NCBI GenBank assembly: GCA_028534125.1
Contig: CM052817.1
Span: 95,296,001 to 95,360,000 of the forward strand
Direction: 5' to 3'
DNA from: Lama glama
Taxonomy: Eukaryota
Length of the DNA: 64,000 nucleotides
The position numbers and the translations under genes are program-made. Positions 23,411 to 36,290 of this stretch are shown here, one piece after another. Every line of letters starts with the position of its first letter. The first letter of the stretch is position 1. The notes beneath the pieces were generated by a model. The model had not been told where the DNA came from and ran no database searches. It was given only the letters and a program-made list of their open reading frames with translations.

Positions 23411-25083
23411 GTGCCTCGTGCCTCGTGCCATCACAGACTTAGCGGTGGTTGGAATCTGGTTTTCTCCTGAAATGTAAATGGCACATCAAAGTGAATCAGA
23501 TCTTCTCCGAAGCCTGAGTTCTTTCTGCCACAGCGCTCAGCGTTTAACTGATAAAATCGGCCACTGTGTGCTGGTCTGGGAACCCACCACCTCTCTCAAA
23601 CATTAATTTATGGATGATCCTTTGGAAAATAAATCTGTTTCATCACGGCAGGACCTCTCAAAAGTACAAAGCAGATTCATTGGGACATCAGGCTTGTCAT
23701 TTGGGACTTTGACACTTTCTTATTTTATTAAAATTGATCTATGTGCCAGCCTCTAATCAGTTCTTTCTTTATTGATAATGATTTGTGTATCAGTCTCAAC
23801 TTAGGTCAATAACCCTAGAGTGGAGGCCACACTTTGCCTTCACTTACAAAGATGCACAGGAAGTGATCTTCCCCGAAGGAACTCCTCATCTCCCAGCCCC
23901 AATTCCATTCACAACCACAAATGAAAATCTCTCCCCTTTCAATCTCTCCTTCTCTTAGTGACAACCTGTTGGCTCCCCATTTCTTTTTTACTGTCACGTA
24001 ATTACATTCAAATCCCTTTTCAACCAGAGGTCAGCCCTTCCAAATCAGGGCACCTTGTTTCTCATTCCCACTCTCTTCTAGAACTTTGGAGAGCAGAGGG
24101 TAGCGGAGTGATGTCAACAGTCTTGTGGTGGGGGGGCAGGAAGGAGCAGAGAACAAGGGTGCTGCTTTTACAGCAGGAAGGAGGCTCCTGTGTCCAACGT
24201 AAGGACGTGCATGTCCTTGAAAACCACCCTGGGCTTCTTTACTTGTTCACATTGTTGGATTTCTTTTCATTTTGCAAATAATGTTTGAGTATGTGTTGTA
24301 GGTTAGGCTCCATGACAAGCACCAGGGGAATAAGAATGTAGGAGAGAGAGATGGACCACAAACCCACACATGACCCAACAGAAGTGCGCCTGCACTGGGG
24401 ACGCAGAGACAGGAGCAACCTCGCAAAGGAAGCAGAGAAGTGAGGATGGGCGAGACGTCACTTTGCTCAGGGACTTGAAAGCTAGATTCACAAGGGATGG
24501 AGACAGCAGAGGGAGAGCATGAGCGTGGCCATGCAGAGATTTCTGACATCCCGCCAAACCATTAGCCCACCCCAGAGGGGCTGAGGCCCTGCCACTTGGG
24601 AAGACACACATCGTTATGAGAATATACTCATGTGTAGCTGGCTTTTTTTTCAAGCTTTCATGTTTTCAGAATGATTTTCAGCATCCCATTGACATTTCAG
24701 AGGAACTAATGAGTATTCCCATTTAAGGTCCTCCTTTAGTAATAGTTGTTAAGTGGTTACATAATTGAATCGTTAATAATTTGCCATAACTCTGTCTTTT
24801 GTGAAGTACTTTGCTGCTATTTTGTTGGCTATTCTTTAAATTCTTCTTGGAGGCTATTAATATTATTGGCTTTTTTTTTTTTTTTAAGTAGATGAAGAAT
24901 CAGGCGCAAAAAGTTTTGGAGACTTTTCTAAGTTTACAAAACAAGTGTTATATCAAATCAAATTAGAATTATTTGACAGTATATCCCATTTAAGTATATA
25001 GAGATCCATATGAGTAAGCAGTCAATTGAATTAGAAAGTTGGATTTTAGTTTTATTACTACTGTAATCTTACTGGAAAAAATC

Positions 25084-25352
25084 TTTTTTTTTTCTTTTTT
25101 GAAGCATAGTCGATTTACAATGTTGTGTTAATTTCTGGGGTACAGCAGAAAGATTCGTGTGTGTGTATGTGTATATATATATGTGTATATATATATAAAA
25201 AAATTCCTTTTCATATTCTTTTTCATTATAGGCCATTACAAGGTGTTGACTGCAATTCCCTGTGCTATACAGCAGGACCTTGTTTATCTATTTTATATAT
25301 TGTAGTTAGTATCTGCAAATCCCAAACTCCCTATTTATTCCTCCCCACCCCC
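25084..25352 (-). mobile_element. Young L1 3' end
   Basis: T-run + GAAGCATAGTCGATTTACAATGTTGTGTTAATTTCTGG...CCCTGTGCTATACAGCAGGACCTTG. Confidence 0.9.
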
Positions 25353-25704
25353 TAAGAAATTCTTTTACTCTTCTTAAACCTTATTTTTTTTTTATCATTT
25401 GTAAGATGAGGTTAATAATACCCTCCCCCCCCCCTTAATCCTGTTCTCGTAGACCTTGACAAGGTAAATGTGATAACATCAATGTGATGCTTTGCATGTA
25501 GAGACAAATCACAAAATAAAGGCAAGGTAGTTTTTTTTTATCACTAGCAATGTATTGATTCAGCTAGACCAAAGCATCAAAAGAACACCACAGCTAATTT
25601 AAGAAAATTAGAGGAAGATATGGCTTCACGTGTAAATAATAAGTGGGAAATTATTTTTATTTTATTTTAAGAGAACAAATGGATTTACCTATTAAAAAAG
25701 GAGA

Positions 25705-26266
25705 AATCAAATAAATTAAACAAAAATTATCATATGATCCAGCAATTCTACTTCTGGGTGTATACCCAAAAGAAGAGAAAGCAAGAATTTAAAGACAGTT
25801 ATACACTCATGCTTACAGAACCATTATTCACAGTAGCCAAAAGGTGGAAACAACTTGTGTCCATTGACAGATGAATGGATAAAGAAAATGTGGTCTATAC
25901 ACACTGTAGAATATTATTCAGTATTAAAAGGGAGGAAATTCTGACACATGATACAACATGGATGAACTTTGAGAACATTAAGCTAAGTTGCATAAGCCAG
26001 TCACAAAAAGACAAATATTGCATGATTCCATTTATAGAGTAGTCCAGTTCATAGAGACAGAAAGTAGAATGTGGTTGTCAGGGTTAGGGGAGGAAGAGAT
26101 GCAGAGTTAGTTTAATAGCTTAAAGTTTCAGTTGGGGAAGATGAAGAAGTTCTGGAGATGGATGATAATTTCAGAACAATGTGAATTTGCTTAATACCAC
26201 TGAACTGTACACTCAAAAATAATTGTACATTCTGTGTCTTGTATATTTTATCACAATAAAAAACAA
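25705..26266 (+). mobile_element. Old L1 (L1MB-type) ORF2 end + 3' UTR
   Basis: CATATGATCCAGCAATTCTACTTCTGGGTGTATACCC...GATGAAGAAGTTCTGGAGATGGATG...ACCACTGAACTGTACAC...CACAATAAAAAA. Confidence 0.9.
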
Positions 26267-28740
26267 ACCTCCACTTCCCACGCCCCCAAAAAAAGAAAGA
26301 AAAGAAAAGCCTGCACTGATGGAACCCACTGGTCTAAACTGGGGAAGATATATAGTTTCTCCTCAGTTTTCATTCTTATGATATAAAGATAATAATACCT
26401 TCCTTACGTGTTATAAGGCTTCGGTGTATATGAACATATTCCATAAACCCCCAGTTCTATACAGTGCAAAATATTGGATTCTATCTCATAATAAGGGTTG
26501 GAAACCATGATAACTTTTAGAGGCAAAGAAACTGAGCCCAAAGAAGGCTGTGAGCTCAGAGTCTGAACTAGACCCTGGAACACTTCAGTCCATTCCAGCA
26601 CACCTGCTGCCCGCCTGCGGCTGTTACTCTGGGTTCTTAGAAAAGCAGAACAAAGTGGAGCCATCGTCAAGTCACCTACCAGTCCTTCTGCAAGTTCTCC
26701 TCTGATTGGCGGTGCCAAGAATTTGATGATAGGAGACTGAGAAGAAGAGAGAACATTTCCTGGGGACGCTTGGAAATGACTGTTCTCTTGTTTACCTGGA
26801 TCTTCTTTTATTCCAAAAATTACATCTTTCATATATCCCAGGTGACCTACCTCAGTTCACTTAATTTTTCTTCCCAAAGAGAGTTCTTGCTGTCTTGGCT
26901 CCTCAGAACAGAGCTTTCCCTTTGGGAAAGCTGTTAAGCTTTCTCAGTGCCCAGGTTGGGAGGAGATTCAGGGCAAGTTGACCTCTCACCTCTCACTCCG
27001 TGGCTACAACGCTGTCCTGTTGGTCAGCCCAGGGGCCGAGGCTTAGATGCAGGTCCACACCTGCACTGGCCTCCTCATCCCCAGGACAATCCAAGCCAAG
27101 TGGTTTAATGGCCCAAGCCCAGGAGCAGCTTTTAATTTCTAAGCAAAGGGGGACATTTGGCACAGCTGAGAGACACACTGTATCTGTGTGATGCCCTTCC
27201 ACTCATGCACAGCTGCAACCAGGTGCTGCTAAAAAAGAATCTTCCAACAGATTCAAAAGGCCTTTTCTGTTTGAAGAAGTCTTTTCAAAAAAACCCTGAA
27301 TCCATTTTGTGGGATCTCTGGCTGAACCCACACTAAGCACTTATAACTCAGTTTTCCCCGTGCTGAGGCTGCATGGTTGAAGGCCCCAGCCGGTCTGCTT
27401 AGAGACCTTGGAGATAGAAGGCTCAGCCCGGAGAGCAGCCAAACCCGCTGGAAGCTGGCCCGGCCACAGAGGGAGCTGGAGGTTGGATTACTCCTGCTGG
27501 AATTTTCTCTGTCTGAAAGACTGGAATCCACTTAGGACAAGAAGTCCTGGAGAAGACAGGTCACCCATTACCTACATTACGATGACAAGTGAATCACCAT
27601 TTTCATCATCCTAGTGGCAAAACTGTCATTGGAGATGTGAGTAGTGGTAATATACTAGACATTTACCAGGTGATACTGCCAGCCAAAAAAATAAACAGTC
27701 AACAACAAAACAATAACAAAACAGGTTGCTTTTTTATTGACAGATCAGCAGCCCTTGATGTTTATTTTGGTGTGTGGTGCGTGCGTGTGGAGCTCAGAGG
27801 TAAAAAGTGACATTTAACGTTCATCCCTGTGGGCCTGATAAACACCGTGCAGAATTAGTTGCAACCCGAACGATGCAAAGCCAGGCCAAAACTGAAAGGT
27901 TAAAGAATTGAATGCAGTTTCCCCTTCTTTCAGGATCTCTGATTCAGACACCTCCCCTAAGAAAAACGTGAATAAACAACATTTCAACAGAAGACATGGT
28001 TGGGTGTATATGGTACTTGAATCAAGCCTGGAAATGTGTTTTATCACTGTAGACAGATGCAGCAAGAGCATCCTGAATCCTGTCAGTCCTTACCTGGTCT
28101 TGTTTCAACTTCCTTTTTGCCACATTAATTTTGTAAGTTCACTTTGAAACTGTTTTAATTTTTTTATTACAATTGAGCTGGTGGTTCACGTAGAACATTC
28201 ACCAATGGAGGCTCATATTTTGTACTAAACAAAAATTAAAAGCATAACATCAAAATTTGTGGGATACAGTGAAAGCAATAATCAGAGGGAAATGTATAGC
28301 ACTGAGTGCTTGTATTAAAAAGAAGAAAGACCTGAAGTCAATCATCTAAGCTTCCATCTTAGGAAACTAGGGGAAAAAAAGAGAAGTTTAAGGCTAAAGC
28401 AAGCAGAAGAAAAGAAATATAAATGTTAAAGCAGGAATCGATGAAATTCAGAACAGGAAATCAATAGAGAAATCAAAACCTGATTCTTTGAAAAGATCAA
28501 TAAATTTGATAAACTTGGAGTGAGGCTAACCAAGAAGGAAAAAGAAAAGACAAATGAGTAATATCAGAAATGAAGGAGGGGTCGTTACGACTGAGCCTAT
28601 GGACATTAAAACAGTATCTCAGGAATACTATTAACAATTCTCTGCCCACCAGTTTGATCACTTAAATGAAATTTAAGTGCCCTTGAAAGATACCAACCAC
28701 CAAAATCAGCACAGGGAGAAAGAGATCATCTGAATAAGCT

Positions 28741-29425
28741 CACATAGTAGGTTTCTCCAGGAGAAACAGCCAAGGAAATATATACGTATAATGTCGTAAA
28801 TATATGAGATTAATTATAAGGCATTTGTTCACATGATTATGGAGACTGGCAAATTCAGATCACCAGGGTGGGCCAGCAGGCTGGAGACCCAGGAGAGTCC
28901 ATGCTCCAGTCCCAGCCCTAAGGCTGTCTGCTGTAGGGCCAGAAAGACCCAGTATTGCAGAGAAGGTCTGCAGGTAGTATGCTGGAGAATTTTCTCTGGC
29001 TCAGGGAAAGCTTGATCTTTTTGTCTATTCAAGCCTTCATTTGCTTGGATAAGGCCCACTCACATTATGAAGCGAAATCTACTCTTCTCAGAGTCCACAG
29101 ATTTAAATGTTAAACTCATCCAGAAACATCAAGAAGAATGTTTGCATAGATAAACAAGATTATGCCGTACAGCACAGGGAAATACATACAAGATCTTATG
29201 GTAGCTCACAGAGAAAAAAAATGTGACAATGAATATATGTATGTTCATGTATAACTGAAAAATTGTGCTCTACACTGGAATTTGACACAACATTGTAAAA
29301 TGATTATAAATCAATAAAAATGTTAAATAAAATAAAAGGTTAAAAAAAAAAAAGAAGAATGTTTGACCAAATATATGGGCACTCCCACAGCCTGGCCAAG
29401 TACACACATGAAATTAACTATCATA
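28741..29425 (-). mobile_element. ERVL MLT2 solo LTR
   Basis: TTTCTCCAGGAGAAACAG...CACATGATTATGGAGACTGGCAAATTC...CAGCAGGCTGGAGACCCAGG...CCTGGCCAAG..CACATGAAATTAAC. Confidence 0.85.
29145..29351 (+). mobile_element. Young camelid-type L1 3' end nested in MLT2
   Basis: GTACAGCACAGGGAAATAC...GACACAACATTGTAAAATGATTATAAATCAATAAAAA + A tail; perfect TSD AAGAAGAATGTTTG (29131-29144, 29352-29365). Confidence 0.92.
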
Positions 29426-29463
29426 GTCTGTAACAGCTGAAGAAATTGAGTCAGTAATTTATA

Positions 29464-29963
29464 NNNNNNNNNNNNNNNNNNNNNNNNNNNNNNNNNNNNN
29501 NNNNNNNNNNNNNNNNNNNNNNNNNNNNNNNNNNNNNNNNNNNNNNNNNNNNNNNNNNNNNNNNNNNNNNNNNNNNNNNNNNNNNNNNNNNNNNNNNNNN
29601 NNNNNNNNNNNNNNNNNNNNNNNNNNNNNNNNNNNNNNNNNNNNNNNNNNNNNNNNNNNNNNNNNNNNNNNNNNNNNNNNNNNNNNNNNNNNNNNNNNNN
29701 NNNNNNNNNNNNNNNNNNNNNNNNNNNNNNNNNNNNNNNNNNNNNNNNNNNNNNNNNNNNNNNNNNNNNNNNNNNNNNNNNNNNNNNNNNNNNNNNNNNN
29801 NNNNNNNNNNNNNNNNNNNNNNNNNNNNNNNNNNNNNNNNNNNNNNNNNNNNNNNNNNNNNNNNNNNNNNNNNNNNNNNNNNNNNNNNNNNNNNNNNNNN
29901 NNNNNNNNNNNNNNNNNNNNNNNNNNNNNNNNNNNNNNNNNNNNNNNNNNNNNNNNNNNNNNN
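29464..29963. other. Assembly gap (500 N)
   Basis: Run of N; round length suggests a placeholder of unknown true size. Confidence 1.
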
Positions 29964-30141
29964 ACAGAATCATATATTGTCTTTCCCTAAAATCTTTCAC
30001 CTTTTTGTTCTCACTTTAAATTAATCTGAGTTGTGCTCTCCTGTATTTCAGAATAGGACAACAAAATTACCAGAAATTCTGTGTAATTTTTCTATCATCC
30101 ATAGAGATGTATAGGTAAATTACATAGTATTATAGAAATTA

Positions 30142-30240
<99 letters not shown>

Positions 30241-30749
30241 CTAAATAAAAGCAAAATAGATACATTAAAAAAAAAAAGTTCTCTTCCTCCTCTGAGATCA
30301 CCCTTCCCCAAATTTCCCATATCCTTGAGAAAATCACTCCCACATTTTCCCTATTCTTTCTTATTTACCTTTAAAAAAATCATGAGCTCCTTAAAATTTG
30401 TGTAACAAGTGATACATACAAGTATTCGATTAGAAAAAAAAGGTAAAAAGCCACCCCGACATCCTACCATGTAGAATCACTATTCTTAACATACGTGACC
30501 ATTATTTTAGACATCTCTTTATATTGACATGTGGAAAGGAAGAACAAGAGCTAGATATAATTCTGAGAAAATCAAACTATGTTTAAATTTAAAATACTAA
30601 GTTTATTTTTACTTGAAATCCATAGATAATACAAAAATGAAAAAGAAGTAACTGAGATACATTAGATAAATATTTCCTTGTGAACATAAACACTGTTTCC
30701 CAAGAGAAACCTCTGGAGTTTTGAAGAAAAAAAAAAAAAGAATTTTGAG

Positions 30750-31230
30750 ACTTCTGCTCCTAGTCCATATGGAGTAGCAGGGGCTAGGTTTATTTTCCCG
30801 CCTCAAAGAGGTGAAGGACTGAGGGAAATCGACAAAACATTAGCTTTTAGGCCTTGGACAAGAAGCAGTGCAGAAGAGCGATTTCTGAGAAAAGGAAAAC
30901 AAAGAAGCTGAGCCCAGTGATGGTCCCAGCCCACTTCCCGGAGTCTGGGTCTCAGAACAGCAAGCATGCAGCCTAACACAGCCAGGTAGCCTCTCTGAGA
31001 TGACGAGTCCCAAGTTCTCAGTTCACAGAGGCCAAGTTGCTTAAAATTCATGAGACAGTCACAGAGAAGGGAGATCTTCAGAGAGAAAAGGCTCTGGAAA
31101 TGCCCAGAGGGTTTCCTAAGTACTGACCAGTGCATGTATTGAGGAAACTATCATGGCAGGGAAAGAGCTTCCAGAAAGGAGCCAGTGGAACAATTCTTGG
31201 AAATCACACAGACTTGAGAACAGTGTATCT
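30750..31230 (+). mobile_element. Old L1 5' end (L1M4/L1MD-like)
   Basis: Starts GACTTCTGCTCCTAG..ATGGAGTAGCAGG after an A-run; GC-richer 5'-UTR-like body. Confidence 0.55.
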
Positions 31231-31249
31231 TCCCACCAGCCAGAGTGGA

Positions 31250-31330
31250 AAGATTTTCCCTTTATGCTTGAAGAATGTTTTATTGGGTAAAAAATTCTGG
31301 GTTGATGGTTCTTTTCTTTCAGCACTTAAA
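31250..31330 (-). mobile_element. L1 ORF1 C-terminal fragment
   Basis: Minus frame LKEKNHQPRIFYPIK matches the ORF1 motif LKEKN.QPRILYPAKLSF. Confidence 0.7.
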
Positions 31331-32089
31331 AAAAACTGTATCAAGTATATAGACAAGAGCAGCTAAGAGGATGTTTCCCAAATTAGATGGTGGATGAGTT
31401 GTTAGTGTCTAAGTCTGAAAATCATTTCTATTGGGACATTCTGATTTGATTTTCCAAAAAAACCACATAAATGGGTTGAGGTCAACAGAATGGAAATAAA
31501 CACTTCTACAGCCACTCCTCTGAATCCAAATAACATTTTACCATTTACCCAAATATCTATTGTTCTGAAATGATTGCTAAAATACATCTACAAGGGAACA
31601 TGGATAAACGGAAACAGTTTGATTTGTTGATGTAGGTGTGTTTGTGGTTGACTTTCTTCTTTCTTTCATTTAGAATTCTATTCATAGCAGTATAATTTTT
31701 TAGGAGGGGGAAAAAAACCTAAAAAATTAAAAAGCAAAATATATTTATATTTTTACATTTAAGTTGGAGTCAGAAACCCTGGGAATGTTTTATTTTATAA
31801 ATGGATGCAGACATGTCTGCAATATGGTGCAAACATTGTCCAACATCATCTAGATTGTCATCCAATAAAGTGGCAGTGAATAATTTTTTTTTTCCCAAGG
31901 AAAGACACTTGATAGCTTCAAGTTTGGACTTAGAATCCAGCCCCAAAGAAAACCCAAGTTCTTTTCCATTTCTTCTCTTATGAGCCCTTCCCTATTCAAC
32001 CAACAACTGAGGAGGACAGGCCGGCTGTCTGAAGTGCTGTGATGTTCTTAGGTGAGCAGTGTTGCTTGAAACTGTGGGGAAGCCCGCCT

Positions 32090-32300
32090 GCTTGCAGCCT
32101 CATTCTTACTCCACTCACTCTCTCTCTTTCCTTATATCATAGCCTCACAGTCTTTTCAGTTCCTCAAACTTCACAGTTTCTTCCCATACCAGAGACGTTC
32201 CATACATTTCCCTTTTCTAGAATGTTCCTCCTCCTTCCCCTCCTTTTATCTGCTTTATTCCCACTCACCCCTCATATCTTAATTTAAATGTCAAGTCCTG
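32090..32300 (+). mobile_element. L2 fragment
   Basis: CTTTTCAGTTCCTCAAAC...TTCCCTTTTCTAGAATGTTCCTCC...TTTAAATGTCA. Confidence 0.65.
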
Positions 32301-32473
32301 ATAGACACATAGAAATGGCGAAGTAAGGACAGGACTGTCCCCCTTTTCCTAAAAGAAATCATTCAAGAGCAAAAAGGGGGAAAAATTCCAGAAATATGAA
32401 CTTCATCTTACACAAATCTAGTAGATACACGTAGCTCTGAGATATAGGTAACTTCTGAAGTGAGGAAAAGATG

Positions 32474-32556
32474 GGAGAGTACAGCTCAGTGGTAGAGGGT
32501 GTGCTTAGCATGCATGAGGTCCTGGGTTCAATCCCAGTAGCTCCATTAAAAAAAAA
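32474..32556 (+). mobile_element. vic-1-type SINE (short-tail form)
   Basis: GGAGAGTACAGCTCAGTGGTAGAG...GGGTTCAATCCCAGTAGCTCCATT + poly(A); TSD AAAAGATG (32466-32473, 32557-32564). Confidence 0.92.
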
Positions 32557-33552
32557 AAAAGATGCCAGATAAAGGAAGATAAAAATGCAAGTGCAAAAAG
32601 ATATTGAGAGATGACCTCTTGAAAGGTATTGTTCATCACATTCATACAGTGCTTTGTCTACAAGCCCAGTGGACATGTTTTTTCATATATTAATTCATAT
32701 ATTAGCCCTCATGGTGCTCAATGAGATAAATAATGTTGTTGTTGTTATTATATTATTATTATTATCATTATTACTTCTACTACCTTTTTATTGCAGAACT
32801 AAAGTCATGCGGCTATTCTGGGGCAGAGCTGTAATTTGAAATCAGAGCTACAATCTACTGCTTCTGTGCTGCAAACATCCAGTTCATGACGAATTTTCTT
32901 TCATTCAGAGGTGAGGGATAGCCACAAAGGAACCACACTGGATCTATGGAATGCTTCTTTTAAAAACTGTTGAAGGAACAGGAAAAACAAATGGCAGATA
33001 AAGAATATCCCCTAGAAGAATTTTGCTATGAACTAGATGAGAATTATTACCAAATATATTGCTCATGAATTAAAAACATTTAATGAAGGAAGTGCTGATA
33101 TAAAATAAGAGCTCAAAGTAGACTTATAAGAATTGGGGGAAATAAGTGCTGAGAAGACAGAAAAAAAGAAGAAAAATGAGTGGAAAGCAAATGTATAGTC
33201 TTATTAGAAGCAAGGGTCTCATTAGAAAAAAGGAATAGTCACAACTGAAAGTATAGGAGAAGGAGAAGAGGATTGAGAAAATAAAATTGATTAACAAAAG
33301 ATCAGGTGAGGAGATAAAAATTAAAATTAAACATGCATACTTTGATATCCCTGAAGAAATGAAACAAATAATTGAACATAAACATAATTTAAGAAAAGTT
33401 CCCAGAAATAAGACATGACTCAAAGGACTGAAAAGGCACCTTGTGCCTTAGGAAAAACTGAGACAGATGACCCACAACAACTATGTCTCAGCCAAGTCTC
33501 TAGACTTCAAATCCAGAAAAATTCTTAATTTTCAGATTAAAGTGTTGGATGC

Positions 33553-34033
33553 TACATCAGCCCAGGTTCTCCAAAAAGCAGATACCAAGACAGGATTCCA
33601 TGTACAAGATATTTTGGATGGGGTGGGGAAGCGGGGAAACACCTGTGAGAGAGAACGAGGAGGAAGCCAGGGGAGGCTGGGTGAGCCCCGGGACCACGAT
33701 GCAGTTGTGACCCCTGTGAAGGAGCGGAGGAAGGAAGGAAGGAAATGAGTCAGTAAGTCAGGCCTCAGATGTAACGCACTTCTAAGGGGATTTTGGCAAG
33801 GCTGGTGAGGCGTCCGTCCTCCAGCCAGCATTGTCCGTTAGAGGAGCCTCACAGCTCCCAGGACCGAGCCAGCCTCAGTATCCCTGCCACACTCCATCAC
33901 TGCTGGGAGCAGCTAGTCGGGAAACATGGCCTCCTCACATGGTGTTGGATTCCAGAGCCTAACAGCCGGGCCTTTGGTCCATTATACTCCCTGCCGCAGG
34001 GCAGCTGAGAAGTGCACTTTCATGGCTGCCACG
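33553..34033 (-). mobile_element. ERVL LTR33-like solo LTR
   Basis: CCAGGTTCTCCAAAAAGCAGATACCAAGACAGGATT...CCTCAGTATCCCTGCCACACTC...TTTCATGGCTGCCAC. Confidence 0.8.
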
Positions 34034-34035
34034 AA

Positions 34036-36290
34036 TGGAATTACGCATTTATCTCCATTTCCCCTCAAAACTTCATCGAGAGGATGGTAAATACATAAAA
34101 AGGCAAAACTCCACAAAAAAAGCAAAGAGAATAGAAGGGAAGGATGATTTATGACAACAACATTGTGGAACTGGAAAGCAGGTGGTAATTGACCTAGCAG
34201 AGCAAAGAAGGTTGAAGTGTGGCCCAGTGTGTGTAATAAAGTTCACACGAAATGAAAGGCTTGCTCACATGGAAACTCACATATTGAAGGCAACAGGTAG
34301 TTCTGAAGACAGAAGGGCAGGTTGCGTTGAAAACAGGAAAAAAGACTATAAACGTTTAAAAAGAGACATTAAATCCCACCCCCTCCATCTCTTCCCTACC
34401 CCAAATAGCCATGAGACCTCCTCTTATGAGCCTCAGCAGAAGGCTAGAGATCACTTGCTGGAGAACCCAAACCAGACAGACTGACTCTGGACTGGAGGAC
34501 ACCAGGAACACCTTAAGGGTGACACAAATCTAAGAGGTGACAACTACCCTCCAACTTTCTTTTCTTAGGTCCTAGAAATCTAGCTGTCATGCTTAACCCT
34601 GGCTCAACCCGTATTTGCAACTGGGGAATTTCTTTCAGATGAAGTCACTGGTTACAAGAGAAAAGGCCCCCAAAGAAAGGATCAAGTCTCTCCTAATTAC
34701 TCCCCAGCGAGGTTCATCAATTTCCAATGCAGTGGAGTCCCGTTCTACTTTTTAGGGCTTCATTCTTGAATGTGAACTGACAGCAAAGGCTTATTACACA
34801 TTTGAAGAAAGTTTCTAGCACGAAAAACAGAGAAGAAAGCAAACTAACTAAATTGTGAAAGTAAAAAATGAAAAGAGCAGAAGAAAACTTTAATAAAATG
34901 TATAATTCAGAGAAATAAGAGAATATATCAGAGCCATGAAACAAGAACATAGATATAGATATTTATATACTGAACATTCAGAGAAAAAAAAGAACTCCTT
35001 CAAATTAATCATCAGATAGCAAAATCTAACATTTCTGAAAGAAAGAAAAGAAAAAATTCCCAGATAAAAGGGGGAAAAAAGAAATGAAACACGAGAAAGA
35101 ACATTAATAGATTATTGGGAATTCACATGCAAATATCTGGATTTTCAAAAAATAAGAAAAAAGAAAATGAAAGGGAGGAAATTATTAAGTAACCAACAAA
35201 AAATTTCTCTTTATTTAAGTACATGATTTTCCAGATTGAAAGGGCCAGTAAGTGCTAGCACACTAAATGGAAATATGACTTCCCCCAGGTAGATTGTTGC
35301 GAATTTCCAGAGCGTCAGGGATAAAGGAGAGTTTCTAAAAGTTTCCAGAGAGAACATACAAATGTTTGCGGATCAGATCGGAAAAAGGCTTAACGACATC
35401 GGTGCTAGAAGACAATGAAGTGATTTCTTTCAATGTTTTATGTAATTATTTCCCACTTAGAATTCCCTATCCTGCCGAATGATAAATTGTGAGGGTAAAG
35501 CAAAAATAATTTGAGAAAGTAAGGACTCAAGAATTGTCTTTCCAGACACACTTTCCCAGAAGGCTGACAGGAGATGTGACCTGACCAAATGAGGACATAA
35601 CTAAGAGTGAAGAAATCACATAGTTTGTAAGGGCTCCAGACAGAAAAGGAATTTCCAGGATAAAGATGACAGGGGAAGTCCTAGGCTGCAAGCGAGCCAG
35701 AGCCTGGGATACACACTGTCCAGGCTGGAGCAGGACATGGCAATACAAGAGAGACATTTGCAAGAAGAATATCAAGTATATAGAATATTCAATATATCTG
35801 AGTGTATTTTAAGGAAGTTTTCAGTTCTAGTAAGAGTTTGGAATGGCTACATGAAAAATTACACAAAAAGGAGGCAGTTTTTAACTGCAGAAAACCAAGC
35901 AGAAGAAAGAAACCAACAAACAAAAAGTTGTTCTAAAAAGGAAATGTAATCATTGCATACTGTATAGCTGGGCTGCGAATGACAGTTACATCATCGTAAT
36001 ATGACCACTGGATATTGGTTTAACTCCAAATGAAGAGGAAGAGGAAAGGAAGGGAAGTATATATGGTTGTATGTACCTGTGTGTGTATGGATGATGTGAG
36101 TTGGGGCTGGGTAGCACAGGAGCTAAACCCTCCATTGTAGGAAACCAACACATAATATCTATATCTCAAAGATTATCAAATAGCATGACTTATTAGGACA
36201 GAAAGACATAACAAAAGAAATGTCTGAGGAAGTTGAAAGTTGCTGCCTCAGGGTCATAGGAATGGAAATGGTAGAGCAAGTAAAAATTAG
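34036..36290 (+). mobile_element. HAL1 (half-L1) element, near full length, decayed
   Basis: HAL1-like 5' end (CATTTATCTCC...GGAACTGGAAAGCAG..GGTAATTGACCTAGCAGA), ORF1-like middle (TTCCAGATTGAAAGGGCC, GCTAGAAGACAATG), 3' end GTTGAAAGTTGCTGCCTC; no ORF2 seen. Confidence 0.7.

Larger units (their letters stand above)
28236..29463 (+). mobile_element. Old L1 ORF2 fragment (after the endonuclease domain), interrupted by an MLT2 LTR, running into the gap
   Basis: CAAAATTTGTGGGATACAGTGAAAGCA..AGAGGGAAA (QNLWDT.KA..RGK), TTCTTTGAAAAGATCAATAAA (FFEKINK); resumes at 29426 with GAAGAAATTGAGTCAGTAATT (EEIESVI). Confidence 0.85.

Noticed and set aside
23407..23429. (CCTCGTG)x3, resembling the GGCACGAGG cDNA adaptor
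   Set aside because: Short tandem slippage at the end of a MITE is simpler; no other vector sequence nearby.
29323..30000. 225-aa ORF in the track
   Set aside because: Artefact of translating through the N gap.
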